Source: Rhodohalobacter sp.
GTDB taxonomy: Bacteria; Bacteroidota; Rhodothermia; Balneolales; Balneolaceae
Length of the DNA: 64,000 nt
Direction: 5' to 3'
Assembly (NCBI RefSeq): GCF_041686455.1
Contig: NZ_JAWLDW010000004.1
Location: 64 to 64,063, forward strand
The notes beneath the pieces are model-generated. The model searched no databases, was not told where the DNA came from, and saw only the letters and a program-made list of their open reading frames with translations. Positions 20,641 to 30,533 of this stretch are shown piece after piece; position 1 is the stretch's first letter, and each line of letters opens with the position of its first letter. Made by a program: the position numbers and the translations under genes.

Positions 20641-23043
20641 TCATCCCAACTCCACCACGGTACATCCACTGCCGCCACTTTCGAACGGGGCAATATCAAA
20701 AGATTTTACACCATCACGTTTTTCGAGATATTCGTGAACCAGTTTATGTAGAATTCCCTCACCCTTGCCATGCACAATTTCAACCTGCTGTAAATTACGG
20801 GCAATTGCCTTATCCAGGTAAATGGTAAGCTCTTTGATGGCTTCATTACCCCGTTTTCCGCGAAGATCAAGCCGCGGTTTTACAGAGAGGTCGATATCCT
20901 GAGAGCCTCCGTATGATCGTGAGCTGCTCTTTTTCTTCTTTTTTGGAGGCGATGTTTTTGTGAGTTTATTCAGCTTGGATTTAATCTTCATTCCATTCAC
21001 CAAAACGGTTGCCTGCTTACCTGAAAGCTCAATAAGATCTCCACCGGTGGTTCCATCGCCGATGATTACAAAATCACCGACTTCCGGTTTTTCATCGCTT
21101 CGTACAGGTTCTTCGCTCTCTGTTTCAAATTCATCTTTAAACGTATGAATCTCCTTTTTTGCCTCTTGAATGTCGGAGCGAGCCTCATGGATTTTGTCTT
21201 TATTATCCCGGCCTTCACTCACTACTTTTTCAACCGCCTCCTCGATCCGCCGATTGGCATCTTTCATGATCTCTTCAGCGTCTTTGTACGCTTTTTCAAT
21301 AATTCCCTTTCGCTTGTTATCGATCTGCTCCGAACGTTCCCTGTAAATCCTCTCCTGTTTCTCCGCTTCGATGAGTTTTCTTTGAAAGGTTGAACGCAGC
21401 TCTTCGGCTTCCTGCATCTGTTTTTCCAGATTAATTAACAGGTCACCCATTGAGTCTTTCTGTTCACCCAAAAGCTGCCGGGCTTTATCCATTAATTCGT
21501 GAGGCAGATTCATGCGATCAGCAATTTCAAAAGCGTAACTGCTTCCGGGCACACCTTTTTTAAATCTGTAGGTAGGCGAAAGGCTCTCCTGATTGAACTC
21601 CATCGCACCATTTACAACCTTTTCGTTCTCGTGAGCAAATACTTTTAATGATCCGTGGTGTGTGGTTACAATTACTCTTGAACCTTTATTGATCACCTCC
21701 TCAACAAACGCCTGAAATAGTGCACCGCCTTCCTCGGGATCTGTACCTGCTCCGGCCTCGTCAATGAGGATCAGAGAGTTCGGTTCCATTCTGTCCAATG
21801 TGGTTTTCATCCAGTTGAGGCGGGATGAAAATGTACTCAAATCATTCTCTATGGATTGGTCATCCCCGATATCTACAAAGAGTCCGCTTAGTACGGGCAG
21901 TTCAGAATCGGGCTGTACAGGAATGGGATAACCGGCTTGCAACATCATACAGAGCAATCCGGTGGTTTTCATGGCAACCGATTTACCACCCGCGTTAGGC
22001 CCCGTGATTACCAGCCCCAGCTCATTTTCTAAAAGCTCCAGATCGAGAGGGATAACGGGTTCAGGCTCCTGAAGTGATCTGTTTTTGAGCATCAGGTTGG
22101 GGTTTTTGCCCCGAATCAGATTTAAATGATTGTTACCAGATAAAACCGGAATGGTGCCTTCAAGGTCCAGCCCCAGACTTACAACGCAGTGAATTGCGTC
22201 CAATTCGCCTACGTAGGTGCAATTCAGCTCCAGCTCTTCATTGTATGTCCTCACCTGATCCGTTAGTTTTTGAATGATGCGTTCTATCTCACGCTTCTCT
22301 TCAGCCTCCAGCTGACGGATCTCATTATTGATCTGGAGCGCTTGGACCGGCTCAATGTAAACTGTTTGGCCGGTTGACGAAACATCATGTACAAATCCTT
22401 CTACTTTGCGCTTATACTCTGCCTGAACAGGAATAACCATACGCCCGCTACGAATGGTTGCTCCCTCATCTGAGGTCATACCATCTTTAGCGAGCCGTTT
22501 CATCACTTGCTGAACCGTACTTCGAAGTTTGCTTCTCTCTCTGTTCAGCTTTCCACGAATCTGCTGTAGTTCGCGACTTGCATCATCCCTTAGCTCTCCA
22601 CGCTCTGTAATCACACGCTGAATGGCTTCTTCAAGCGGCTTCAGATTTACGAGGCGGTCTGAAATTTTCTGAAGCGACGGAGTATCAAATTCGAGTCGTT
22701 TAAAAAAATTGGTGATCAGGCGGGCCAGGCGAGCATTTTGCAGAATAACCGGAAAATCATCGAGTGGTAGAATAGTCCCTTTTAAACGGCTGTCCTTAAG
22801 TATTTCGCGAACGTCGTCCAATACCGTCAAGGGATGCCTCGATCCGCTTTGTAAAATTTTTGTCCACTCACGGGATTCAGAAAGTCTGCGCTCAACGGTA
22901 CTCCGATCGGATGTGGGAGACAAATTATCAATCTCTTCACGCCCGTAAGGGGTGAAGCTTTTTCGAAGAGTTGCCTCTCTTATACTCTCAAAACCAATCT
23001 TTTGAGAGCTGTTTCCAGGGAATAGTTGTATCTGTTTAGCCAT
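20641..23043 (-). CDS. mutS2: endonuclease MutS2
   Basis: HDVSSTGQTVYIEP, GPNAGGKS (Walker A), DEAGAGTDP, TTH, C-terminal Smr domain (LDLRG..IVHGKGEG). Confidence 0.95.
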   Translation of the reverse strand: MAKQIQLFPGNSSQKIGFESIREATLRKSFTPYGREEIDNLSPTSDRSTVERRLSESREWTKILQSGSRHPLTVLDDVREILKDSRLKGTILPLDDFPVILQNARLARLITNFFKRLEFDTPSLQKISDRLVNLKPLEEAIQRVITERGELRDDASRELQQIRGKLNRERSKLRSTVQQVMKRLAKDGMTSDEGATIRSGRMVIPVQAEYKRKVEGFVHDVSSTGQTVYIEPVQALQINNEIRQLEAEEKREIERIIQKLTDQVRTYNEELELNCTYVGELDAIHCVVSLGLDLEGTIPVLSGNNHLNLIRGKNPNLMLKNRSLQEPEPVIPLDLELLENELGLVITGPNAGGKSVAMKTTGLLCMMLQAGYPIPVQPDSELPVLSGLFVDIGDDQSIENDLSTFSSRLNWMKTTLDRMEPNSLILIDEAGAGTDPEEGGALFQAFVEEVINKGSRVIVTTHHGSLKVFAHENEKVVNGAMEFNQESLSPTYRFKKGVPGSSYAFEIADRMNLPHELMDKARQLLGEQKDSMGDLLINLEKQMQEAEELRSTFQRKLIEAEKQERIYRERSEQIDNKRKGIIEKAYKDAEEIMKDANRRIEEAVEKVVSEGRDNKDKIHEARSDIQEAKKEIHTFKDEFETESEEPVRSDEKPEVGDFVIIGDGTTGGDLIELSGKQATVLVNGMKIKSKLNKLTKTSPPKKKKKSSSRSYGGSQDIDLSVKPRLDLRGKRGNEAIKELTIYLDKAIARNLQQVEIVHGKGEGILHKLVHEYLEKRDGVKSFDIAPFESGGSGCTVVELG

Positions 23044-23104
23044 AGACGGAAAGTTCGCAATCTTTCCGCCTAAAATCGAATCTATAATGGTGAATAAATG
23101 ATGT

Positions 23105-23797
23105 TTAATTCATTTTGAACTGAACCCTGACGCTCTCAGAAATGGGTATAGTCCGCTGCATGACAATTAGGGAGCCGCTGTTTGATTCAGCACTCATCAT
23201 GGCCATATCCCGGCGAACAACTCCTTTAGAAGAGGTATAATCAATATTGTGGACACCGCCTAACTCCATGCCGGATGCCTGAGCTAATATTTGGGCTTTG
23301 CTGCGTGCGTTTTCAACGGCTTTTTCCAAAGCCTCATTGCGTGCTTCTTCTGCAGATGATGTTGAAAAGTTGGCTGAAAAATTATCAAAGCCATTCTCAA
23401 TCAGGGTAATTTGCATCGACTCAAATTGATCTAAATCCTGCAATTGGATAGATACACTCTGTCGTGTTTCAAACCCTGTATTTTGAGAATGTCGTCGCGG
23501 AGAAATACTGATTGGATACGCATTGATGTACTCCTCGTCAATATTATGTTCAATGATCAGTTCTGTTAGGAATTGCTCCAGATTTTTATGATTCTCAAAA
23601 GCCTTGCTTGCTTCTTCGTCAAAGCGATTGATGGTGATATTGAAAATAATCTCATCGGCAGGCGCAAAAACTTCGCCTGTGGCATCAATGGTTATCAGTC
23701 TAGCAGTATCCTGTCCTGTCAATATTTCCGGTGAGGTGCACCCTGCAAAAAGGAAAAGAAATAGAAGAACAATGTAGCGCAGATCTGTTTTTATCAT
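23105..23797 (-). CDS. SIMPL (DUF541) domain lipoprotein
   Basis: Lipobox FAGC; ITIDATGEV..PADE, AR.EALEKAVENARSKA..LA...G..LG.V. Confidence 0.85.
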   Translation of the reverse strand: MIKTDLRYIVLLFLFLFAGCTSPEILTGQDTARLITIDATGEVFAPADEIIFNITINRFDEEASKAFENHKNLEQFLTELIIEHNIDEEYINAYPISISPRRHSQNTGFETRQSVSIQLQDLDQFESMQITLIENGFDNFSANFSTSSAEEARNEALEKAVENARSKAQILAQASGMELGGVHNIDYTSSKGVVRRDMAMMSAESNSGSLIVMQRTIPISESVRVQFKMN

Positions 23798-23898
23798 ATA
23801 AAGTATCAGTTAGATTTATTTGGTTGGTTCAATATACTTTAAAAGTAATTGTTTCAGATGGAACATATAATACGATTGGGGCAGTATAAAAATTATTT

Positions 23899-23968
23899 TG
23901 GAAGCGCTTGCATTAACCAAAAATTGAGTTTTATTTATAGTTGACAAATCATCGGGAAACGGTTTACA
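23899..23968. promoter_or_regulatory. two LacI/GalR-type operators around a promoter of the TonB-dependent receptor
   Basis: TGGAAGCGCTTGCA (23899-23912) and GGAAACGGTTTACA (23955-23968); TTGACA at 23941 with TACATT 18 nt downstream. Confidence 0.55.
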
Positions 23969-24019
23969 TTCGATGTTGCAAATAGCAAACCCCTAAATCA
24001 TTAATTAAATCTGAAATCT

Positions 24020-26989
24020 ATGAAAGATTGGATACGGAATTCAGTTATTCGATTATTCTCTCTTATGCTGATCGCGGGATTGGCCGGTGCAGAGTACTCG
24101 AGTGCTTCCAGCACATCTTACGACGAAATATCAACGGATCAGCAAATTGTTATTACCGGGCAAGTTGTTGATGCCGGATCAGGCGAGCCCCTTGCAGGTG
24201 TAAATATTGCAGTAAAAGGTCGTGTAGTAGGTGTGGCTGCTGATGCTCAAGGTGAGTTTACACTCAATGTAAATGACGATCCGCCCATTACTCTTGTGGT
24301 ATCTATTGTAGGATATCGAACCCAGGAAATTGAAATTACGGAATCGAACGTATCTGATTTGAGAATCGAACTGGTTGAAGAGACATTCCTTGGCTCTGAT
24401 GTTGTAGTGTCAGCTTCCCGGGTTGAGGAGAGCATTATGGAGGCACCGGTATCCATCGAAAGAATGGACATTCTGGCGATCAATCAGACCGCTTCTGATA
24501 ACTACTATAAAGGTATTGCAAACCTGAAGGGAGTTGATGTAACAACCAGCAGTATTAATTTTCAGATTATTAATGCCCGCGGATTCAACTCCACAGGTAA
24601 CACCCGGATGGTGCAGCTAACAGACGGAATGGATACTCAGGCTCCGGCGCTTAACTTCCCGATCGGGAATTTGAACGGACCTTCTGAGCTGGACGTAGAG
24701 AGTCTGGAATTTATTCCCGGTGCATCTTCTGCACTTTACGGGCCAAATGCGTTTAACGGAATCCTGCTGGTTAACAGCAAAAGCCCGTTTCGCTACCCCG
24801 GATTAAGCGTATTTGTGAGAAACGGTGTAAACCATATTGACAGTGATGGTGATATTGGGGAGCCGAACAATCCGCGCCACATGTTTGAGTCTTCTATTCG
24901 TTGGGCAGATACTGTGGGTGATCGTTTTGCTTATAAACTGAACTTCTCCTATAGCCAGGCAGATGACTGGAGAGGTATTAACTATTCTGATAAAAATTCC
25001 GACCTTAATTTCGCTAGTAATCCGGGACAAAATCCGGCCTACGACGGGGTACACCTGTATGGTGATGACGGTACATTCAATATTGGATTATTAAGTTTTA
25101 ACCAGGATTTTGTTCAGGCAGTTACGCAAGGATTAATGCAAGCAGGTTTTTCAGCAAATGATGCTCAGCAGTTCGCGCAGAGTCTTCCATCACAACCGGT
25201 GGCGAGAACCGGATACAGAGAAGAGCACCTTGTGGATCACGATGCGGAGAATCTGAAGTTTAATACATCTTTGCAATACCGAATTACGGACAATGTTGAA
25301 GCGAGCTATTCAATGAACTATGGCTACGGTACTTCTATCTATAGTGGTGCTCAGCGATATAGCCTGAAGGACTTTAATATCCAGCAGCATAAACTTCAGC
25401 TGGACGGAGATAATTTTATGGTTCGAGCGTATGGAACTTTTGAAGATTCAGGAGAATCCTACATAGCAGACTTTGTCGGTTTTGCTGTTAACGATGCATA
25501 TCTGGGAACTGAAGACTGGTATGCTAACTATGGTGGAGCTTTTATACAAGGCTTAGCACAAACGTACGCCGTAACTGAGCAAAGCACAACTTATGATCCT
25601 GCAGTAGTTCAATCTTTATTATCAGATCCAAATATTTTAGCAAACTTGCATAGTTCGGCAAGAAATGCCGTTGACGCGAATAGATTTATGCCGGGTACGC
25701 AACAGTTTGAAGCGGCTAAAAGTGCGGCTTTAGAAGGTACGGTTCCTGATGGAGCTCGATTTGATGACAAATCAAGATTTCTCCATACAGAAGGTCAGTA
25801 CGACTTCAAAAACGAGATCGAATTTGCAGATGTTCAAGTTGGATTCAGTTACCGTCAATATCAGCTTCGATCGAATGGAACTATTTTTGATGACGGTGAC
25901 GGAGGGGTAGATATCAGTGAATATGGCGGATATCTTCAGGCTGCAAAGTCTCTTTTCGACGACAGATGGAGACTGACCGGCTCCCTGCGTTACGATAAAA
26001 ATGAGAACTTCGACGGACAGTTCAATCCTCGTATCTCATCTGTTCTGAAAGTAGCAGACGGGCATAACATTCGTACATCGTACCAGACAGGTTTCAGGAA
26101 CCCAACTACACAGGGTCAATATATAGATCTGAATGTTTTGACTGCCAGATTATTGGGTGGTCTGCCTTATCTCGCTGAGAAGTACAATGTGACTGAGAAC
26201 GGATACACCCTGGAGTCAGTAGAACAATTTACCAATGAATTTCTGAGTGGAAATCAGTTAGCTTATACAGAGCTACAATCCGGGCAATTCACAGAGTTCA
26301 ATCCTGTTAAGCCTGAACAGATTCAATCCTATGAAATCGGATACAAAGGTTTGCTTGGAAACAGGCTTATGATTGACGCCGCCTATTACTATAACATTTA
26401 TGACGATTTTATCGCACAGTTTAGGGTAAGACGCGCTGCAGGGCCAATCGATTTCACGGCTCAGGACCCAGCTGCGATTCAACAGAATGTGCAAACGGCA
26501 GCCTCACTGCTTTCCGGTGATGCGTCGAACACTTTCCAGCTCTACACAAACGTGGATGAGACAGTGAAGTCTCAGGGTGCTGTTTTGGGAGTAGATTACA
26601 GTCTTCCCAAAGGATTTCTGCTGAGTACAAACTACAACTGGAATCAGCTGGTAACCGACAGGGAAGACCAGTTTATCTTTGATTACAATACACCGGAGCA
26701 CAAGGTGAATGTATCATTTGGTAACCGTCGTCTTACCGATCAGATAGGCTTCAACTTGACATATAGATGGCAGGAAGCGTTTAACTGGACATCCTCTTTT
26801 GCCAGCGGGCGAGTGCCTGATGTAAGCACGTTAGATGCTCAAGTCACATACAGTATTCCTGATATGAAAACGGTAGTGAAGGCCGGTGGTTCAAATATCC
26901 TGAATAACCGTCATTTTCTGAATTACGGCGGACCAAACCTTGGTGCGATCTACTATATCTCCCTGACGTTTGACCAATTCTTGAACTAA
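24020..26989 (+). CDS. TonB-dependent receptor with N-terminal carboxypeptidase-regulatory-like domain
   Basis: ITGQVVDAGSGEPLAGVNI, VVVSASRVEE, plug NARGF, GASSALYGPNAFNG, LRYDKNENF, C-terminal aromatic strand. Confidence 0.93.
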   Translation: MKDWIRNSVIRLFSLMLIAGLAGAEYSSASSTSYDEISTDQQIVITGQVVDAGSGEPLAGVNIAVKGRVVGVAADAQGEFTLNVNDDPPITLVVSIVGYRTQEIEITESNVSDLRIELVEETFLGSDVVVSASRVEESIMEAPVSIERMDILAINQTASDNYYKGIANLKGVDVTTSSINFQIINARGFNSTGNTRMVQLTDGMDTQAPALNFPIGNLNGPSELDVESLEFIPGASSALYGPNAFNGILLVNSKSPFRYPGLSVFVRNGVNHIDSDGDIGEPNNPRHMFESSIRWADTVGDRFAYKLNFSYSQADDWRGINYSDKNSDLNFASNPGQNPAYDGVHLYGDDGTFNIGLLSFNQDFVQAVTQGLMQAGFSANDAQQFAQSLPSQPVARTGYREEHLVDHDAENLKFNTSLQYRITDNVEASYSMNYGYGTSIYSGAQRYSLKDFNIQQHKLQLDGDNFMVRAYGTFEDSGESYIADFVGFAVNDAYLGTEDWYANYGGAFIQGLAQTYAVTEQSTTYDPAVVQSLLSDPNILANLHSSARNAVDANRFMPGTQQFEAAKSAALEGTVPDGARFDDKSRFLHTEGQYDFKNEIEFADVQVGFSYRQYQLRSNGTIFDDGDGGVDISEYGGYLQAAKSLFDDRWRLTGSLRYDKNENFDGQFNPRISSVLKVADGHNIRTSYQTGFRNPTTQGQYIDLNVLTARLLGGLPYLAEKYNVTENGYTLESVEQFTNEFLSGNQLAYTELQSGQFTEFNPVKPEQIQSYEIGYKGLLGNRLMIDAAYYYNIYDDFIAQFRVRRAAGPIDFTAQDPAAIQQNVQTAASLLSGDASNTFQLYTNVDETVKSQGAVLGVDYSLPKGFLLSTNYNWNQLVTDREDQFIFDYNTPEHKVNVSFGNRRLTDQIGFNLTYRWQEAFNWTSSFASGRVPDVSTLDAQVTYSIPDMKTVVKAGGSNILNNRHFLNYGGPNLGAIYYISLTFDQFLN

Positions 26990-27015
26990 GTACTTGCATG
27001 AAATATTAATTTATT

Positions 27016-27042
27016 AAAAGAGGCCTTCGGGCCTCTTTTTTT
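27016..27042 (+). terminator. intrinsic terminator after the TonB-dependent receptor
   Basis: AAAAGAGGCC-TTCG-GGCCTCTTTTTTT. Confidence 0.88.
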
Positions 27043-27084
27043 GTTTTGTGTTTTCTGTAATTAATTACATCCGGTCTAATGTGT

Positions 27085-27667
27085 CGTGCCTTACGGCACT
27101 GATTAAAGGGTAGGGGTTATCCTTTTTCTACCCATGTTACGTGCCCAGGGGACGTTGAATCTAGGTTTTGACTCAATGACCCACCCATAGAAAGAACAGC
27201 TTAGTTCTGCTTTAGGGGTTGAGAAGTTTACTGCCGAGTGTGAACTTAATTACTAATTCATTGTCCCGTCAGGGACAACACATGTGTAGAAAAATAAAAG
27301 AGAGCAGTTTGGTAAATTCTGAAGGGATTGAAAATGGAATTAGAAGAAAATGTGATCTCAGAAATGGCTTGAATGCAACATAAGCCATACGTTGCTCCCC
27401 CTATTCAAACGAAATGAAGCACTACCATTGGTTTAACCATGAAATCCAACGTCTCGTGCCTTACGGCACTGATTATGGGGGTGGGATAATTCTTTTACTA
27501 CCCATGTTACGCCCCCGAGTTGGACGTCGAATTTTGATTTTACCCTATGAGTATCCTTAAATAAACAGCTTAGATTTGCTTTAGGAGTTGAGAAGTTTAC
27601 TACCGAGTGTGAATTTAATTACTAATTCATTGTCCCGTTAGGGACAACACATGGGTAGTAGAAAAAT
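27085..27667. repeat. two imperfect direct copies (about 210 nt, period about 370 nt) of a REPIN-like unit
   Basis: CGTGCCTTACGGCACTGATTA at 27085 and 27455; AATTACTAATTCATTGTCCCGTYAGGGACAACACATG near 27248 and 27617; internal CTACCCATGT/ACATG(G/T)GTAG inverted pair. Confidence 0.8.
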
Positions 27668-27724
27668 GAGGTCAAGAATTTATAAAGTCCCGCAGGGACG
27701 ACTCAAATTACAGATTACTGCAAA

Positions 27725-28009
27725 TTAAGGCTCCAAGTTCGCAATTGTAGCACCCCAGCCGCCACCTGATCCATCTGCAATCTGGTACCCGGTTACGTGT
27801 GGATTACGTTCGAGCAGAGCGTGGACACTTCTCCTGACATTACCAATTCCCTTACCGTGGATAAACCGCACCTGGTAGATCTCCTCTTCAAGGCAGGCAT
27901 TAATGTACTCATCAATCAGTGTGGAGAGGTCTTCCGGCGCAAAGTAGTGGAGGTCCAATACACCGTTGATGGGAATTTCATGTGGTTCATCAGTATCCAT
28001 AGATGTCAA
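27725..28009 (-). CDS. small stand-alone Smr domain protein
   Basis: LDLH, RFIHGKGIG, GGGWGAT. Confidence 0.9.
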   Translation of the reverse strand: MTSMDTDEPHEIPINGVLDLHYFAPEDLSTLIDEYINACLEEEIYQVRFIHGKGIGNVRRSVHALLERNPHVTGYQIADGSGGGWGATIANLEP

Positions 28010-28012
28010 AAA

Positions 28013-28876
28013 TCAAACGGATGAGTGTTTATAAAATCTTTGCCCTTCAATAATAAGCTGTCGCTTCAATTCAATCTGAGATTTTTTTAAGTGATGAATC
28101 AATCGATTTACAGGTTTTGGCTTCAGATTCAGTGAGTGCAGCCAATGGATAAAGTTATTCAAATCCTGATCTTTTCCGAGTGTTTCACAGATCCGTTCTA
28201 CATCCGGTTCGGATATATTTATACGGGTTTGTTGAGATCGCAAAAGAGCCAATTGATATTGAACATCTTTCAGCCGCTTCCGCCATTCATGAAATGGTCC
28301 TGAGAGTTCGGATGCTACAGCTTGTTTAAACGCCTGGTGACTTTTCCGGAATGAAATTTTAAAACCTTCTAAAATACATTCAGTATCAAATGTGTTTGAA
28401 TTGATGAATGTTTTTAAAGACGAGTGACTGCTAATCTGAAGTTCAAGATTTTTAAAGATTTCATCTTTAACTACCAATTGATTTTCCAGCTGGTCAACTT
28501 GAGAACTGGCAATTTCTTTTATCTTGTGAAGTACTCTGGTGTCTACATTTTTAGAATATTCAGGTGTGATGTCTTCAATAAACATTCTGTAAACATGAAT
28601 ATCCCTCAGCTCTGATAAGGACTGCCCCCAACTTTTGAATGTGACGTTAAGCTTGTTTGAATGGTCTGGATTCCCGCACTTTTTAAGCAATTTTAAAAAC
28701 GCCCGAAGTAACTTCAGGCGTTTTCGGGTAAGATGAGTGGATTCCACGATATCTCTATCGTGAAGCTGAACTGAGCGTAGCAGCTCAGTTTTCAATAAAT
28801 CAGCTATAGTTAAAAGCTTATCATTGAGATGATCATCCAGTGAAATCTCAGGTATAATAAATGAAGGTTGCTCCAA
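28013..28876 (-). CDS. CHAD domain protein (polyphosphate-binding family)
   Basis: HLTRKRLKLLRA, LSELRDIHV, FHEWRKRLKDVQYQL, LGKDQDL. TTG start at 28876 chosen to avoid overlap with the Dabb gene. Confidence 0.8.
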   Translation of the reverse strand: MEQPSFIIPEISLDDHLNDKLLTIADLLKTELLRSVQLHDRDIVESTHLTRKRLKLLRAFLKLLKKCGNPDHSNKLNVTFKSWGQSLSELRDIHVYRMFIEDITPEYSKNVDTRVLHKIKEIASSQVDQLENQLVVKDEIFKNLELQISSHSSLKTFINSNTFDTECILEGFKISFRKSHQAFKQAVASELSGPFHEWRKRLKDVQYQLALLRSQQTRINISEPDVERICETLGKDQDLNNFIHWLHSLNLKPKPVNRLIHHLKKSQIELKRQLIIEGQRFYKHSSV

Positions 28877-28889
28877 AATCTTACTTAAT

Positions 28890-29201
28890 TTATAAATCAA
28901 CCTTATAGTCGACCGTATATCGGCTTTCAGCAACCTGTTTTATAAACTCTACAGCTTTTTTATGGTGTGCATTTCTGGTATACATTTGAAAATCCAGATC
29001 TGTTTCAAAATCACAAATTAGAACTACATCAAGTGCATCCGGGTCGTCCTGGTTAATCTGTATACCTACTTCAACATCTTTTATTTCTTCAATGTTGGTT
29101 CGAAGGCCTTCCAGAATGAGTTTCATCTTTTCGGCATTCTTCTCTTTGGTAGCGCCTGCGGCTTCATCTTGTAGTTTCCACATTACTATATGACGTATCA
29201 T
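28890..29201 (-). CDS. Dabb (stress-responsive alpha/beta barrel) protein
   Basis: MIRHIVMWKL, D.VL..DF, Y..NAHH, VDY. Confidence 0.9.
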   Translation of the reverse strand: MIRHIVMWKLQDEAAGATKEKNAEKMKLILEGLRTNIEEIKDVEVGIQINQDDPDALDVVLICDFETDLDFQMYTRNAHHKKAVEFIKQVAESRYTVDYKVDL

Positions 29202-29234
29202 AGTTTCCTCAAATTTAGGATTGTTAATTTGGTT

Positions 29235-30533
29235 TTATCTCGTTTTTGCAAAAGTGAGATCTGCTTGATCAACGCTTGAAGCTGCGAGATCGAGCATTTC
29301 CGGTGAGAAGACCCCTACAGCCCAGAGGAAATATTTAGCCTCTTCCGGGTTGTTGGTTTTGGTCCATTGATATACGGCGAGGTATCCCTCTGCAACCTGT
29401 TCGAGCTCTGATTCCGAAAGGTTATCGGGATCAGAAATTACCGGTACAGTCAGGTCAGCTGAAACCGGAATGATATTTGGGCTGTCAATTTGATCAAGGT
29501 TTAGCCCATATATCATAGGCCATAGATAGGGATCCCCCAAATCAGTTTCTGAAATACTCCAGAGTGACTCACCTGAATCTACTGTATGAATCTCGGTTTC
29601 AGCCTGAGGTGCGGTCTCAGTCTCAGCCTCTGAGGCCGGAGGCTCAGTTTCTTCATTAGTTTCATTGAGCTCAGGGGCTGGTGTTACAGGTGCTGTTATC
29701 TGCTCTGGTTCAGATGTCAGCTGAGGAGTGTCATTACCAATATATTGCCTGGAGACAAGGAAGATGATAAAAATAGCCAAAGCGACGATTACGGCCGCCG
29801 CAGCGTAGGTCCAGTTAATCTTTTCTGAATCCTGAGCGCGCTTTGCCATTCTGGTTTTTTTACCTGCATTTAAAGCGGGCATATTTTGATCGGCCGGTAA
29901 TTTTGGCTGAACAGCATTTGGCTCATCACTGCTTTTAGAACCTTTATCACTGCCTGTACCCACAGGAAAAGGATCAAACTTTTCTTGGTCTGGCTTGACC
30001 TCTTCATTATCATCCTGTTTTGAAGATTGCTCCGTCTTTTTCTCTTCATCGGAATCTTCGGCAGATTTGAGCTCAGACTTACCTTTTACAGGATTGGGGC
30101 GCTCTATCAAGAAGTCGTTGCCATCATCCGCTTCAGCTGAGGAAACGCCGACCGTTTTCTGAGTATTTTCTTCGAGATCATCAGATTTTTTGTCCGACGA
30201 ATCTTTTGGCGATTCATCCAGAATCTGAGGCTCCATTTTAGAATATGGACGATTCACATCTTCGCGGAGTGCTTTGTAAGGCTTGAAGACAACTTTGTTC
30301 TGACCCGGAATGGTAATTTCTTCACCCGTTTGTGGGTTTACTCCGGGGCGCTCATTCATCCAGCGTAGTTCAAATTTTCCAAAACCTGAAATACTTACAG
30401 ATCCGCTTTTCCTCAGTCCGGACTCGATAATATTAACGAGTTCACCGATAAAACTGTTTGTGGAGGCCTGGCTCTGTTTTGATTGCTCAGCGATGAGATC
30501 AACCAGCTCACTAAAAGTAATTTTTTCACTCAT
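29235..30533 (-). CDS. HU/IHF domain - acidic linker - single TM - LysM domain fusion protein
   Basis: N-term VSISGFGKFELR...R.GVNPQTGEEITIP...VVFKP; TM WTYAAAAVIVALAIFIIFLVS; LysM HTVDSGESLWSISETDLGDPYLWPMIYGLN...PNII. ATG at 30533 overlaps the upstream HU by 8 nt. Confidence 0.85.
   Translation of the reverse strand: MSEKITFSELVDLIAEQSKQSQASTNSFIGELVNIIESGLRKSGSVSISGFGKFELRWMNERPGVNPQTGEEITIPGQNKVVFKPYKALREDVNRPYSKMEPQILDESPKDSSDKKSDDLEENTQKTVGVSSAEADDGNDFLIERPNPVKGKSELKSAEDSDEEKKTEQSSKQDDNEEVKPDQEKFDPFPVGTGSDKGSKSSDEPNAVQPKLPADQNMPALNAGKKTRMAKRAQDSEKINWTYAAAAVIVALAIFIIFLVSRQYIGNDTPQLTSEPEQITAPVTPAPELNETNEETEPPASEAETETAPQAETEIHTVDSGESLWSISETDLGDPYLWPMIYGLNLDQIDSPNIIPVSADLTVPVISDPDNLSESELEQVAEGYLAVYQWTKTNNPEEAKYFLWAVGVFSPEMLDLAASSVDQADLTFAKTR

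Noticed and set aside
27085-27667. Repeats as a CRISPR array
   Set aside because: Only two long diverged copies about 370 nt apart; no 25-45 nt repeat-spacer periodicity and no cas genes.
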